Part shown: positions 1 to 14,029 of the stretch, piece after piece
Position numbering within the stretch: the stretch's first letter is position 1
How the letters are laid out: each line of letters starts with the position of its first letter
Assembly: GCA_965285935.1 (NCBI GenBank)
Contig: OZ260665.1
Span: forward strand, 5,704,001 to 5,768,000
DNA from: Ophelia neglecta
Taxonomy: Eukaryota
Length of the DNA: 64,000 nt
Direction of reading: 5' to 3'
Notes under the pieces: model-generated
Seen by the model: only the letters and a program-made list of their open reading frames with translations
The model's database searches: none
Told to the model about the DNA's origin: nothing
Translations under genes and position numbers: made by a program

Positions 1-200
1 TCTACAAGGGCAAAGGACTGCTATTTAAATGTTATTCATCTAACAAAATAAGCTAGAAATATTTTCATTTTTAAAGTAATTTTTCAATTTTTTTCCCATT
101 AGAAAATGTTCAAAATAGGATTCGAAATTGGTCAAATGTAGCAAATATTCAGTAATACTCAAAGCGGACACGGAAACATTACTGTATAATTAACACTGAC

Positions 201-3200
201 TTGGTCCAAAGCATGGCGTGATCCGGATCAGCCCAGTTCCAGTTGACCGGTGAGTTGTGACCCCTCCATGTGCTGAAGGAATTCAGGGCATCCTCCGCGA
301 TCACCTTGGTGGAATCACCGCCGTATATATTGTCTGCAGTCCAAGATGACTCTGACTGAGTCTGAAATCAAGATAGCTTATTTCAACACTATATACTAGT
401 AGCATAGCCCAACCGCGACGGAACTAGGGTGCCATGAAACGTGGGGCTAAGTTACTTTATTTTTGGACGCTGGTATTGTAAAATGCAGGTGCCGAACCCT
501 ACTTACCCTAGCGATCCTGATTTCCTTGAGCCACAATGATATGCTGAAACCGAGGGTGTCCACGTCTATACCGTTATATATCATATCCATCTATTAGAAA
601 TAGCTTAGAATTCATATATCAGAGGAAGTCGATACAATTCGAGAAAGTAATGAAAAAGAACGGGTTTTGCCCTGGAACGAATAATTCGTGTTTTCAAACC
701 ATCAAGGAAATGATTTAAATAAATTTTATTTATCTTGGATCGAAAGAATTAATAATAATTAATTATGATTCTAATTAAATGTTTAGTCAATAATAATTAA
801 TCCACATATCATATCTATAGTATTTAGGATCCAATGCACGAACGTGTGGTTTTATAAAGTTTGCAGACTTTCTCAAATAGTTTTTACGAAATCAAAGCCT
901 TATTTGTACCTACGGAATGAAAATGAACATGTCTCACTTTCATACTGGTCAATGTCCTTTTGACTAAATTATGTAACATTCTTTTTTTACCTTTATGTTT
1001 TTGCCCTGTGGCAAATTAACTTTCATAGATAATAACCACATTTGATAATTTAAACGTAAACCAAATCAAGTATAATGCTCTGTATGTTTTCCTACCCGTT
1101 AGAACAATGCGGACTGGTACACCTGGTCACCTTTTTATTCAATTATTGCATTTATCACCTAAATGCATTGCTCATGCAGAATTCATTAACCCTAACTCTG
1201 TTTGCTCTTACCAGTTTTATGTTTTGCTCCTGCTTCTTGAGTTTTCCCAATGCCATGGTGTTTTGATGTCTCTTTGTAAATTACTATTAGTTTCGTAGTC
1301 TTCTCCAGGTTTTATCTTGGTGTGTTTGACCTCCTTCCCCTCAATCTACCTCCCAGCCAGATCCCTCCCTGCTACCCAACCCAAGCTTGTCTCTCCCTCC
1401 CTATCCGCTCATCAACATCTATCTCCACCTCACCACCCCCACCCCACCCGCCACTTCGACTCCACCCTTCATCTTATTTCTCCGCAAGCCACCTCGAGAC
1501 ATGACCCTCCCAACCTGTCATATTTTTTCATAAACAAACTTTTTTGGCGGGTCTAATACATATGACATGTTATACCTGGACCTTGTATTGCGGTTTTCAC
1601 AGTATGTGTACTGTTTTTATAATGTTCCATGATCATATTTGGTGGAATTTTTCGTTACCTGAACTCAAATGTTTATATTTTGCCTATTTGCTTTTATTGT
1701 TGCCTCATTGTCTACTTCTCTATTGGTCACATTTAATAAATTATCGAAGGCAATATAGGGAGTGAATACAATGTAATTTGGTTGAATGGGTGTTGAATCA
1801 GATATCAAAAGGGAAACTCGTTAAGGGAATTTATACCTACCCCGTTCATTTGGTAGACAAAATAGAGTTTAAGTAATGATGTTGCCTCGGTTTCATTGTT
1901 CGATGCTGCACCTAGCCAACTATAAAATCACATTGATACATAAAAATACATTAAATTGAAAATTGTGCTGTTGTCTGAACAACACCCACACAAAGCTTGT
2001 TATTGGAATACGACTGTAGGACAAACGCTGCACAGAGCGGCTTACCCTCCTATACTACTACAGATGTCAAATAAGCGGCTTATCCTCCTATACTACTACA
2101 GATGTCAAATAAGGTATCAAACTTACAAATTCCATTCTGCGTAATCCACAACAAACGATAATTCCACGTGTGTGTATTTGTAATCTCCCACGGCCCTTTT
2201 GTGTCTCCGATTAGAACTGTGTTGGTGTGTTATGCTGTCAATAGTCATATCCGGCTCATGTTTAGACATCCTTGTATGAAGAGTGTCATCTAGATTTAAT
2301 AAACTACGTTTTAATTTACGGTCTATTTATGGGAAAGTGAAGGTAAATGCATTCCTATATGTCAAAAAAATTTAACAGTGAAATATACAATGAAACCTGC
2401 CTTAAAGACCACCTCTATATTCAGACCACCTGCCAAGTCAGACCACTAGTATGAAGACCGTACTGCACACTTTTGATATAAATAAACCTGTCTAAACAGA
2501 CAACCTCTATAATCAGTATTTTCCAGTCTCCTGGGTGGTCTTTATTTGCAGGTTTTGCTGTATATGACTATGATGCTTATCAAATAAAACCAGTTTTCCT
2601 TTTCTTAACATCTTACAATACGCTCTATATATGTGGTTATGTTCCTAACAATCTGGCCAGCAAAGATTGGCCTATACTTGTGAAAGGGGCGGCATCAGCT
2701 TCCTTAGATTTAAAGTGTCATCAGATGAGGGCTAAATGAAGGGCTTTCGGCGGTATTAATGCTTTGTTATGATTGCACTCACCTCTGCTTTTTTTCGGTT
2801 TTAATCGGCGCAGCCGGTATATTTTATGTCTTTTCAAGCTTTTTGACCTGGAGTTTCTCTGTGCTGGTTCATTTGAGGGCAGCAGTTCATATCGACCGCT
2901 GGCATGATTAAAAATGCCCGCCTGAAAAGACAAAATCATCGACAATTGATAATGTGAGGTCATATTTATTGGGCATATACAGTGAACCTGCCTTAAAGAC
3001 CACCTCTACAATCTGACCACCTCTCAATTCGGACCACAACTATCTAGCATGTGCAGTATATTTTAAATAACCTGTAACCTTTCAATGTAAAATAACCTGT
3101 ACAATAAACAGACCACATCCAAAATCAGACCAGTATTTTCCAGTCCTTTTGGTGGTCTTGGGTTTCACTGTATCTTGAAAGATATAAATTGGTGTCTGTG

Positions 3201-6200
3201 GATGCCAAGAAAAATGCATCATTCAGTATCGCGACCTTGATAAATAGACCGTCAAGGGCGGAGCTGACCCAATGAAGCAAGGAAAATCTTTAATGGGAAC
3301 ACTTGTCAAAACACTATAATATCATTTCACTTATCCTTATCTGTTTTGTTGTAAGAGATTTTAGGCCAAACTTACCTGGAGCCAGTGGAAAAACTATCTA
3401 ATCGCAATATTGCTGACTAAAATCTTTGTACCATGCAACAAATACAGTTTTTTATGTCAAAATATTTCCTAGGACCACTCCCCTGTGCTGTCAACTTTAT
3501 ATTTTCTATGAATTATGACACCAACGCGTATCCGTCTAGTAGTAAAAACATGCTTTTTATTTGAAATGTCAACGCACTATTTTTACTTGGTACCAAGGGG
3601 TCCTTATTTTCGAAAACATTTATGCCAATTTGAGTTTTAAATATGCTACTTCACAAATTAAATCTGTTGTTAAGACAAACCATCAATTACTTTGATCTTG
3701 TCTTACTGTCCTTTCCTAATGTCGACTGTATTTGTATAGACTTACTTATATACAGAGCGACTTGACTTTGTAAGATTCTGAATAATGATGAACTACTTAT
3801 AATTTATAAGCTTAATTCATTTTCTATTTTTCGACAACTTAATTTATTTCTGTTTTTCTTTTTCGCACCATGCCTTGATAATTATTAACTTATATGAGGC
3901 ATATAAGCACGTATGTCCTTCGGTATGTCATACCTTTTCTTATTGCCAATTAAGTAACCATATTTATTATTATTCACAACAGGTTATCTGTTCATATTTG
4001 CTATTTGACTATAATGATAATAAAGTATTGTAAAATTATACGAGCGGGGTAATTAAACATTAATTAATTAATTCAATAAAATAATGGCCATGTCTAAGTC
4101 AATGCACACATAGCTAAAAACACAGTGGGGACAATATGCAAAGGGGCTCGCTATGGGGCACGTAATCACAAAATTGAGGGCAGCTCATCATTAAATGAGC
4201 CGTTTATTCGGATAAGATAGTTTAGTTGTGCAGTATGCAGCTCTGTAAAATCATTTAGAAACAGTATTGAATATAATTTTAAGAACATTCTAAAGACAAC
4301 ACTAAACCCTGTTATACTCATTCCCTCTAGTATTATTTTTCCACGATAGATCTGGTTATATTTCAAAAAACAGAAAGCCGAACCCAATTATTCAGCGTTA
4401 TACTATACTGGAAACTAACAATTCAACTAAGATTTTAGCCGAATAATCTAATATTGACAGGCATAGATTTATCATATAACTATCATGGAGAATTTTTATT
4501 TTTATGTGCTCTTATTATTTTATTTATAATGTACATATAACTTGTATTTGATTAACAAGCACAAACATTAAAAAGACATCTTTTCATCTTTCACTAAGGG
4601 TGGCTTTAAATGCGCTGCTAAGCTTTCTATGGTTTATAAAAGTACTTAAAACTATACACTTACATATTGTCTATATCCTCCTGCATCACCCTTTGTTATT
4701 GTAGCAGTCACCACAGCACCGTTAGAGATATCTTGGTAAAAACCTACATGCTAGAGAATGAGGCACTTCTCAGGTAGATTCAATATATTTATTATATAGT
4801 ATTCATATATTAGGGTGGCTGAAATAAATAATATGGAAAAGTGCATATTAATGGAAGAGCTACAGAATCTCCACAGACGGCTGACCGTCCCTAATTTCCG
4901 GGCTTCACTGTATTAAGAAATAATAGAGAACCTACCTGTAACGGAGGTACAGTCAGAGGCTCGTTCGGCGAATCCATAAAATAGATAGGCACGTCCGTAT
5001 TGAGCTTCCTGTTTCTGTGTAAAGTAAGATTGACGGTATTGGATCCGGAGAATGTCAGGTTTAACGCGATATTGGAAGGCAAACCTCCGCCGTCCGGATC
5101 CAGACCATTCCCTCCTTGAAAGTCATCCTCTATGGATATATATTGCGATTCGTCTTCTGTAAAATATTACACTATGCAGACTTGTTAAATTGAAAAAAAA
5201 AAAAAAAAAAACTGCCATGGGACCATAACATTTTTTTTAAATAGATTTATTCCGTATCATCAAGGGTTGTTACAATATTTGAAATATATTAAGTTACATA
5301 ATATTCCAGAGGAATAACTTCTTCGATTAGTACCTCTTTTTTTTTTAACAAAGCATTTTCCTCCACAATGTTATAATTTTCTTATATTTTTCGATTCTTT
5401 CTAGGACACACATCCACCAATGTAATTTGAGTAAATGGTCGTCAATTTTGAACCCTGAATATTTATATTTGTATTTGAAATTTTGTCAAGAGATTGATAC
5501 CAGTGGACATAAATATGGTACAGTATTATGGAGCACAATATGTTTCTAAACATTGCATGAACATTATTTCCTCTAAAACCTAATACAAGATGTTTTTTGG
5601 ATGTTTTTGGATTCGCATTGGTGAACGTATATCATTGGGCCATAAAATATAAAATGCAATATTCACATTATATCGAAAACTTAAAAAATATATGTATTAT
5701 CACATTGACACAGCCGTGAAGAGTAGTATACTGCATACAACTGAATGCTCTATCTCAATACGCTCTCTGAATAATCTAGGTTATATTGAAAACCTTCTAG
5801 CTACAATTATGTATCATAGATGGTCGCCTTTCAACAGTATCCATTTATTTACTTTAATTTGTAAAGAGAAGGCTAAGATATCTTACAGTAAACTATTAAT
5901 ACGATCATTTATGTTACAATAACTACAAACATAAGTAGAATTGAACTATGCATTTTACATATCATATCATTGTGATACCGGTGCAAATTAACATCATTTG
6001 TTGAAAGGTCCGATTTATAGGCAGGTACAGTTTGCGAGCTACAAAGTCTAGTCTTGATCACGAAATTCGGGAATATTCCCAGTATTCGCGTACACTTCCG
6101 GGCAGCTGGGGAGTTTTTTTTTTTGATGTGTGGGGCTGTGGCTGTGTTATGATTTGGACCTATTAACTGACTGTTCTCGATAAATGATTTGGGTTTGACT

Positions 6201-7005
6201 GACGCGTATCCACTCATTTCATGTCTAAATAATGAGGTGAATTGTGGATGGTCAATCTGTCCTGCTGTCGAAAAAGTCCTGTTTTTCACTGTCTCCTTGT
6301 GGGGTTGGGTTAACTGCCAAATACCCTCCCGTACACTGAGAAATGTCGGGTATCGTACTTATTGGAATATGACATTAAACAAATAGTGCCTGCCATTGAC
6401 TGGGCCCCACCATTATCTTCCTTATTATATTCACACTCAACTTTCAAGTGTTTCCTAGGTAGGCCGCGCCCCTCACCCTATTCCCCAAGCCCCCTTGACA
6501 CCACCCTTCTCTCCTATCCGCGACCCTGCCTAATAATGTGCTGGAAACATCCTACATTCTTCCTCCCCTAAAGCCCACCAAGTAGTTCTCCCTGTATTCT
6601 AAGCCTATCCGTTTTTCTCTTTTTGTCAAATTGATTAATTCTTTATACTCTCCCCCCTATCCGCCCTTTTTTATGCATGCCCCCACACTACAGGCTACCC
6701 GTACACTCTCATTCAGTTAAGTACTTAACATTTGTGCATGACGTGATTGTCGAATTCCATCAGTGCGTGTAGCACGAACAAGTACTAGTTCATAGCATTA
6801 TAATTGATGACATGTGACAAAACATGTTCAAATCTTGGCTCATGTCTTATATTAGGCATGTAATAATACTGTACGGCATTGTAATGGGTTCAATAAATCG
6901 AAGGGATATGTTATATTGCATTTAAATTGTATACATACCTTCTGTAAATACTCCAATAAAAAGACAAATGCCGACAGTAAGCCAAGTCAGTTTGGTACCA
7001 CACAT
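201..7005 (-). CDS. 5' part (exons 1-8) of an ADAMTS-like/reprolysin M12B metalloprotease, paralogue of the gene at 33510-46961; continues beyond the left edge
   Basis: Hand-spliced GT-AG exons: 7005-6939 (MCGTKLTWLTVGICLFIGVFTE, signal peptide), 5156-4936, 4750-4664, 2921-2783, 2289-2127 (NRRHKR/AVGDYKYTHVELSFVVDY, furin site and start of catalytic domain), 1919-1841, 590-507, 361-201 (FSTWRGHNSPVNWNWADPDHAMLWT). Intron phases all match the + strand paralogue, and exons 2, 3, 6 and 7 have identical lengths (221, 87, 79, 84 nt). The frame is open throughout. Confidence 0.9.
2388..2560. mobile_element. MITE with TA flanks and CA(G/A)TGAAACCT-type TIRs (Tc1/mariner-pogo-like non-autonomous element)
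   Basis: ta|caatgaaacctgccttaaagaccacc ... ggtggtctttatttgcaggttttgctg|ta; related copies at 2980-3170 and 63372-63531. Confidence 0.7.
2980..3170. mobile_element. MITE, same family as 2388-2560
   Basis: ta|cagtgaacctgccttaaagaccacc ... ggtggtcttgggtttcactg|ta. Confidence 0.7.
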
Positions 7006-9369
7006 TGCGATCTGTATCCAAGTCAGAAGTGTTAAAACTAGAATAAAGTTTAAACAACTAGAATAAAGAGGTCACATGCATATGATATAGTCATTAACGT
7101 CCTTGATTGTAGTTTTAGGTAATTAATTGTTCATTATAAATGTCGTATGGACTACCAAACAGTATGGGAACGGTGAGAAGACATGTTCAAGATTTAAACA
7201 AATAACAATTTATCAGTCAAAATTACCAAAAATGAGTAATACATCATATGCACATACAATTACCAGTGCGAATAGATATAACACAAGTAGTCTTACTAAC
7301 TATGGCTGTTAGCTATTTTGCGTCAGTGTTTTACAATCTATGCCAACTCAAGAACCCATTATTTGCATTGCATTCAATGCATACGATAGTATGCCAGCGA
7401 CGCCATGATAATTGTCAGTTGATACAAATACAGCACGACTCATTGCATTTACAGAATACAAAGTGGTACAGCCCGATTCATATGCTGATGGGTAAGAGTT
7501 CGCTTGAATCTTAAAGAGGGTGGCAGTTTTTTTTACTGTAAACTGATACAATAATTACAATAAAGCTGCCATCATACACTTAAGAACCATACCACCGTGG
7601 ATAATATAAACAGGCAGTATATAACGGTTCACTTGTTCTATCTAAATTCAGAACAGGCTGGTGGTTACAATTTTCACAAATATCCTGAGCTCAAAAATTA
7701 TGCTAATTTTTGCAACGTTTTGACATCTACGCCTGAAAGATACGTAAAATGCCCATTTGCCGTTCATACTCTTCTGAATCCTTGGGTTAAGTCTGATGGT
7801 CAGTTTACATTCAAATTTCATTGACACAGGACTTGCACGTTTTCTAGATTGACAGATGGAATACCCTTTCTCTGTAGTGTGTGTTTTTAAGGCAAGGCAA
7901 TTGGGGGAGGTCTTACTGCCCTTAATCATCAGGATTTGGTCATATGTGACACAAAACACATATACCATTGTACAGTGTTCTGCCTTTGGCCAGGAATAGA
8001 CAAAACTGTAGCAAACGGTAATGTCTTCGTAAGTAGCCACATCTAAATGCTAGCCAAATAAGAAAGCCAGCTCTTATTAGACGACCGCAGGATGTATACC
8101 TGGCGCCTTTATCGTGAAGCATGATGATAAGTTTTAAACTAAATGATCACAGCTCATAAAACGCAGCGTACAAGTTGTATCCAGGTTGTTGTGTATTGAG
8201 CTGTATCAATCATGGTGTCGCTGGTTAGGGTTATATAAATGGCTGCTCCATTGAGATGACAGGCATATCTAATTCTTTGAGATGTTTCATTCGACAGGGC
8301 AACATGTGGAATGGTTACCATGCTATACAGTATAAAAAGGGACGGATAATGTAGGGGAGTGCATCACCCAAACTTGTAATAAATGGTACGCTGTATGGAC
8401 TACAGATACAGGTTGTTTAGAAGGGTCATTAGGTACCTCTGCCTTGACGTAATAGAGTTAATGTCATAACAAAAGGTTCTACAGTGATGGTGGAAATGAC
8501 AGAGAAAGCATTTGTTTTACATACTAGAAATAATGTACGCTTCAGTTTGCCCTACGGAGGTCAAAGGTCATTTATTGGTCTCTTGTAAAGGTCTACAGCA
8601 GCAGGGGGCCAGATACACAAGCCGACAACACGTGTTCGATTGCATGGATACAGGGATCCGACCAAACCTCACTCCGTCTAGATATTACCTAACCCCTCTT
8701 GTATGTCTAGTAACATTGGTAGATCGCCCGAGGTCGGCCTTATGATATCCAGGATAGTTATTTTTTTTCAAAGTTCAAAGTGTTTATTGCCATGGTGATA
8801 GACTAAGTACATTTTATATTACAGTAAATACAAACATAAGTGAAAAAAAGGCTGAGAGCAGGACAACAGAACGTTGTATATGCCATATCATAAGATTTCA
8901 CTTTAAACAATTTATGCGCAGTGTGAATAACAAGACACATTATACGCACACATACAAAACTATTCTCACACTTACATGTAAGTACTTGTAGTGATTAGAG
9001 TAAAGAAAGAAATAAAAAATATTATAATTGTTCTCTAGTCACTGTCGTGAAGTTTTATTGAAATCAAAAGACCCGATGTCTGTGTTTTTATCAGGCAAGA
9101 GTTCACGAGGTGTATGAATATGCCTTTATCATATACAATAGAATGGCTATGTATTACCTGTCTGATTCGTAAGGGCTGATGTGAATCTTAAAACGCACTC
9201 GTGCGTGCCTACGTGTATATGATGTGCTCCCCGTATCGTATGTTAGCTTTGGGTGTTTCCCAAGTTCAACTGATATGCTTATTTTCATGGATCCTTTTTT
9301 TTTGAATTATTCTCTATTTACACATCCTGCTTGTGGCTGAGGGACAACGTGATATAGGTTCTTATCAGA

Positions 9370-12040
9370 GGAGCGGGGGGTGGGGGGTGGGGGGTGGCCA
9401 GAGAGATTGTCAATGAGGAACGGGAGGTCAGGAGGGTGTTAGGGGGAGAGGAGTGGTCAGAGAGATTGTCAGTGAGGAACGGGTGGTCAGGGGGGGTGTT
9501 AGAGGGAGAGTGGTGGTCAGAGAGATTGTCAGTGAGGAACGGTTGGTCAGGGGGTTGTTAGAGGGAGCGGGGTGGTCAGAGAGTTTGTCAGTGAGGAACG
9601 GGTGGTCAGAGAGATTGTCAGTGAGGAACGGGTGGTCAGGGGGGTGTTAGAGGGAGCGGGGTGGTCAGAGAGTTTGTCAGTGAGGAACGGGTGGTCAGAG
9701 GGAGGGGGTGAGAGGGAGAGGGGTGGCCAGAGAGATTGTCAGTGAGGAACGGGTGGTCAGGGGGGTGTTAGAGGGAGAGGTGTGGTCATAGAGTTTGTCA
9801 GTGAGGAACGGTTGGTCAGGGGGTTGTTAGAGGGAGCGGGGTGGTCAGAGAGTTTGTCAGTGAGGAACGGGTGGTCAGAGAGATTGTCAGTGAGGAATGG
9901 GTGGTCAGGGGGTTGTTAGAGGGAGCGGGGTGGTCAGAGAGTTTGCAATGAGGAACGGGTGGTCAGGGGGGCGTGAGAGGGAGAGGTGTGGCCAGAGAGA
10001 TTGTCAGTGAGGAACGGGTGGTCAGGGGGGTGTTAGAGGGAGAGGTGTGGTCATAGAGTTTGTCAGTGAGGAACGGGTGGTCAGGGGGGTGTTAGAGGGA
10101 GCGGGGTGGTCAGAGAGATTGTCAGTGAGGAACGGGTGGTCAGGGGGGTGTTAGAGGGAGAGGTGTGGTCATAGAGTTTGTCAGTGAGGAACGGGTGGTC
10201 AGGGGGGTGTTAGAGGGAGAGGGGTGGTCAGAGAGTTTGTCAGTGAGGAACGGCGGGTCAGGGGGGTGTTAGAGGGAGAGGGGTGGTCAGAGAGTTTGTC
10301 AGTGAGGAACGGGTGGTCAGGGGGGTGTTAGAGGGAGAGGTGTGGTCATAGAGTTTGTCAGTGAGGAACGGGTGGTCAGGGGGGTGTTAGAGGGAGAGGG
10401 GTGGTCAGAGAGTTTGTCAGTGAGGAACGGCAGATCAGGGGGGTGTTAGAGGGAGAGGGGTGGTCAGAGAGATTGTCAGTGAGGAACGGGTGGTCAGGGG
10501 GGCGTGAGAGGGAGAGGTGTGGCCAGAGAGATTGTCAGTGAGGAACGGGTGGTCAGGGGGGTGTTAGAGGGAGAGGTGTGGCCAGAGAGTTTGTCAGTGA
10601 GGAACGGGTGGTCAGGGGGGTGTTAGAGGGAGAGGGGTGGTCAGAGAGTTTGTCAGTGAGGAACGGCGGGTCAGGGGGGTGTTAGAGGGAGAGGGGTGGT
10701 CAGAGAGATTGTCAGTGAGGAACGGGTGGTCAGGGGGGCGTGAGAGGGAGAGGTGTGGCCAGAGAGATTGTCAGTGAGGAACGGGTGGTCAGGGGGGTGT
10801 TAGAGGGAGAGGTGTGGCCAGAGAGTTTGTCAGTGAGGAACGGGTGGTCAGGGGGGTGTTAGAGGGAGAGGTGTCGCTAGAGAGATTGTCAGTGAGGAAC
10901 GGGTGGTCAGGGGGGGGGGGTGTTAGAGGGAGAGGGGTGGTCAGAGAGTTTGTTAGTGAGGAACGGGTGGTCAGGGGGGTGTTAGAGGGAGCGGGGTGGT
11001 CAGAGAGTTTGTCAGTGAGGAACGGGTGGTCAGGGGGGTGTTGGAGGGAGCGGGGTGGTCAGAGAGTTTGTCAGTGAGGAACGGGTGGTCAGGGGGGCGT
11101 GAGATGGAGAGGTGTGGCCAGAGAGATTGTCAGTGAGGAACGGGTGGTCAGGGGGCGTGAGAGGGAGAGAGGTGGTCAGAGAGTTTGTCAGTGAGGAACG
11201 GGTGGTCAGGGGGGTGTTAGAGGGAGAGGGGTGGTCAGAGAGATTGTCAGTGAGGAACGGGTGGTCAGGGGGGCGTGAGAGGGAGAGGTGTGGCCAGAGA
11301 GATTGTCAATGAGGAACGGGTGGTCGGGGGGGTGTTAGAGGGAGAGGTGTGGCCAGAGAGTTTGTCAGTGAGGAACGGGTGGTCAGGGGGTTGTTAGAGG
11401 GAGAGGGGTGGTCAGAGAGTTTGTCAGTGAGGAACGGGTGGTCAGAGAGATTGTCAGTGAGGAACGGGTGGTCATGGGGCGTGAGAGAGAGAGGGGTGGT
11501 CAGAGAGATGGAACGGGTGAGGAACGGTTGTTCAGGGGGTTGTTAGAAGGAGGGGGTGGTCAGAGAGTTTGTCAGTGAGGAACGGGTGGTCAGGGGGGCG
11601 TGAGAGGGAGAGGGGTGGTCAGCGAGATTGTCAGTGAGGAACGGGTGAGGAACGGTTGTTCAGGGGGGTGTTAGAAGGAGGGGGTGGTCAGAGAGTTTGT
11701 CAGTGAGGAACGGGTGGTCAGGGGGGCGTGAGAGGGAGAGGGGTGGTCAGCGAGATTGTCAGTGAGGAACGGGTGAGGAACGGTTGTTCAGGGGGGTGTT
11801 AGAGGGAGAGGGGTGGTCAGAGAGGTTGTCAGTGAGGAACGGATGGTCAGGGGGGTGTTAGAGGGAGAGGGGTGGTCAGAGAGGTTGTCAGTGAGGAACG
11901 GGTGGTCATGGGGCGTGAGAGGGAGAGGGGTGGTCAGAGAGATTATCAGTGAGGAACGGGTGGTCAGGGGGGCGTTAGAGGGAGAGTGGTGATCAGAGAG
12001 GTTGTCAGTTAGGAACGGGTGGTCAGGGGGGCGTGAGAGG
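9370..12040 (+). repeat. G-rich tandem satellite, about 59-bp unit built from two about 30-bp GGTGGTCAG-initiated subunits, about 45 copies
   Basis: Consensus about ggtggtcagagagtttgtcagtgaggaacgggtggtcaggggggtgttagagggagagg; the register shifts by 1 nt per 60-nt line at 10201-10440. Degenerate GGTGGTCAG-containing sequence continues to about 12370. Confidence 0.95.
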
Positions 12041-14029
12041 AAACCGAGAGACCGGGAGGTTGTCGTATGGCGGCTCGAGTCCAGGGATCAGGCGGCCGTT
12101 AGAACAAGACCGGTGCTCAGGCAGGTTGTCAGATGGCGGCGAGAGTCCAGGGATCAGGCGGCCGTTAGAACAATACCGGTGGTCAGGGGGTTCGTGATAT
12201 GGCGACTGGCAGTCATAGATGTAGTTGAATGGACCGGTGGGCAAACGGGCGTTAAAGGAAGACGGGAGGTAAAGTTCGTTGGAATACACGGATAGTCAGG
12301 GTTCATTTAGCAACTGCGGTCGGCAGGCTAGTCCAGATGGTGGTCAGCTAGGGACTGGTGGTCAGGGAGGAAAATATATGTTCAGATAGGACGTTCAGTG
12401 GGATTTATATGAAGAATAGCTAGATAGATTGTTATAGGGTAAAATTTGGCCATGTTAGTAATCTAGAATTGAGCATTTATACTCGCACAGCAGCCTTGGT
12501 GATCAAAAAAAAGGTCATTTTCCTACACGCTGTACATTTTACAAGTCTTCTGTGGCAATTCGTCGACCATAATCCGTTGCTAATACACAGAGTCCAACAG
12601 TCAATGGCAGCACGCCATTTTATAATAACATATAACACAAAACGTGCATTTTAACATTCTGACTTATGTAAGTAATGGATATTAGTGTATAATACATATA
12701 AATATGTCAATATCAGTAAACGTACACTTACTTAAGACATGTGGCGGTCCCCAGCTGTATTAAAATAAAGGTACCGAGAAGCAATATCCAAGTCCACCTA
12801 TCCGTAGCATGCACTTACATGTTTTCAGTCAAATCTTCAAGACATGACGGTAATACGTACCATTTACACCGACAAAAACACCAGCACGGATCGCTACGCT
12901 TAAGTGCTACACCCTCCTAGTCAATATTTGACACTCATATACCGTTCAGCTTATCGAGCACATTATCTTTCGTTGTTGAATACTGCAAACGCACTCTGTG
13001 AAGCAGTCACTTGAAGCAGACAGGCTGCAGTATGCATATATTTAATTATGATGTCTATGGCTTTAAAAACTGGCAATAAATGAATGGAGCGCAGGCAGTT
13101 TTCACTTTAATTGTCCCAGCGCCTTGATACTGTGTTCTTGTAGTAAACGGGGTAAGTGCAATGGGTCGCCCAAGGGAACAAGAACTACCTACCCGAGTTT
13201 ATCTATCTAGAAAAGTGTGTTTCGTGTTTTTTTTTTGTATATTTTCTTAATGTTTAATGTGACTAAACGCATGAGTCTCCTCGTCCTCGTGTGCATATTA
13301 TTTAATGTCTTATTTTCGATGGTGCTTTCATTCTGAACACCTATTACTGGGTCTGTGGTATAGCATTCGGTATATAAAGCTGAGATCAAAATGTGTTGCG
13401 CGTCCTTAAGGGGGTGTGGAGTTAGGGTCGTCAAGGGTGTAACTCGCCCATTCTTGTTTAAGGCAAAGGAATGTTGATGTTCGTCCTACAGAGGGCAAAC
13501 CTACCAAGTCCCCGGGTACAGCTGCAGAAAGCGTTGGAGTTGGGAGCGGAAAGGGTGTCTCACGCCCCTTCAAGTTTAAGGCAAAAAATATGTGATGATT
13601 GGCTTAAAGAGCGGAGACGTACCTTGTTACCGGTGTTCCCCGGCGCCAGCCGCAGAAAGCGCCGACTCGAGGAAGGGGTTGAAGGCTTTTAAATTTAGGA
13701 TGATAACACTATGAGGTAATATAGAGACCAACACTTGCATTGTGGCCTACTGAATAGGACGAGGTTGGCGAAAATTGTGAGAATAAAGCATCAGGAGGAA
13801 CCCTAGCCCCTCCATACCGCACCCCCTACCCTACATCCCCCCCTCCCCCGCAAACAACCACTCCAGAGCAGCCCCTCAATTTTAATTGAGATACACACCC
13901 CAAATCCCAATGCTTGATAGCGCACATGCTAGTCCTTAAATGACAAGGCTTTGGAGGAATACTAATGAAGCGGGACGCTGAGGTCATATTTATGCGCGTT
14001 GCAGGTTTTTGATATGGCTTATATTTTAT

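Noticed and set aside
900-1300. Possible LINE 3' relics here and at about 4160-4440 and 5400-5700
   Set aside because: Too degraded to assign by eye.
9453-12295. ORFs such as VREFVSEERVVRG and SVRNGWSGG
   Set aside because: Translations of the 59-bp satellite; no splice structure or domain.
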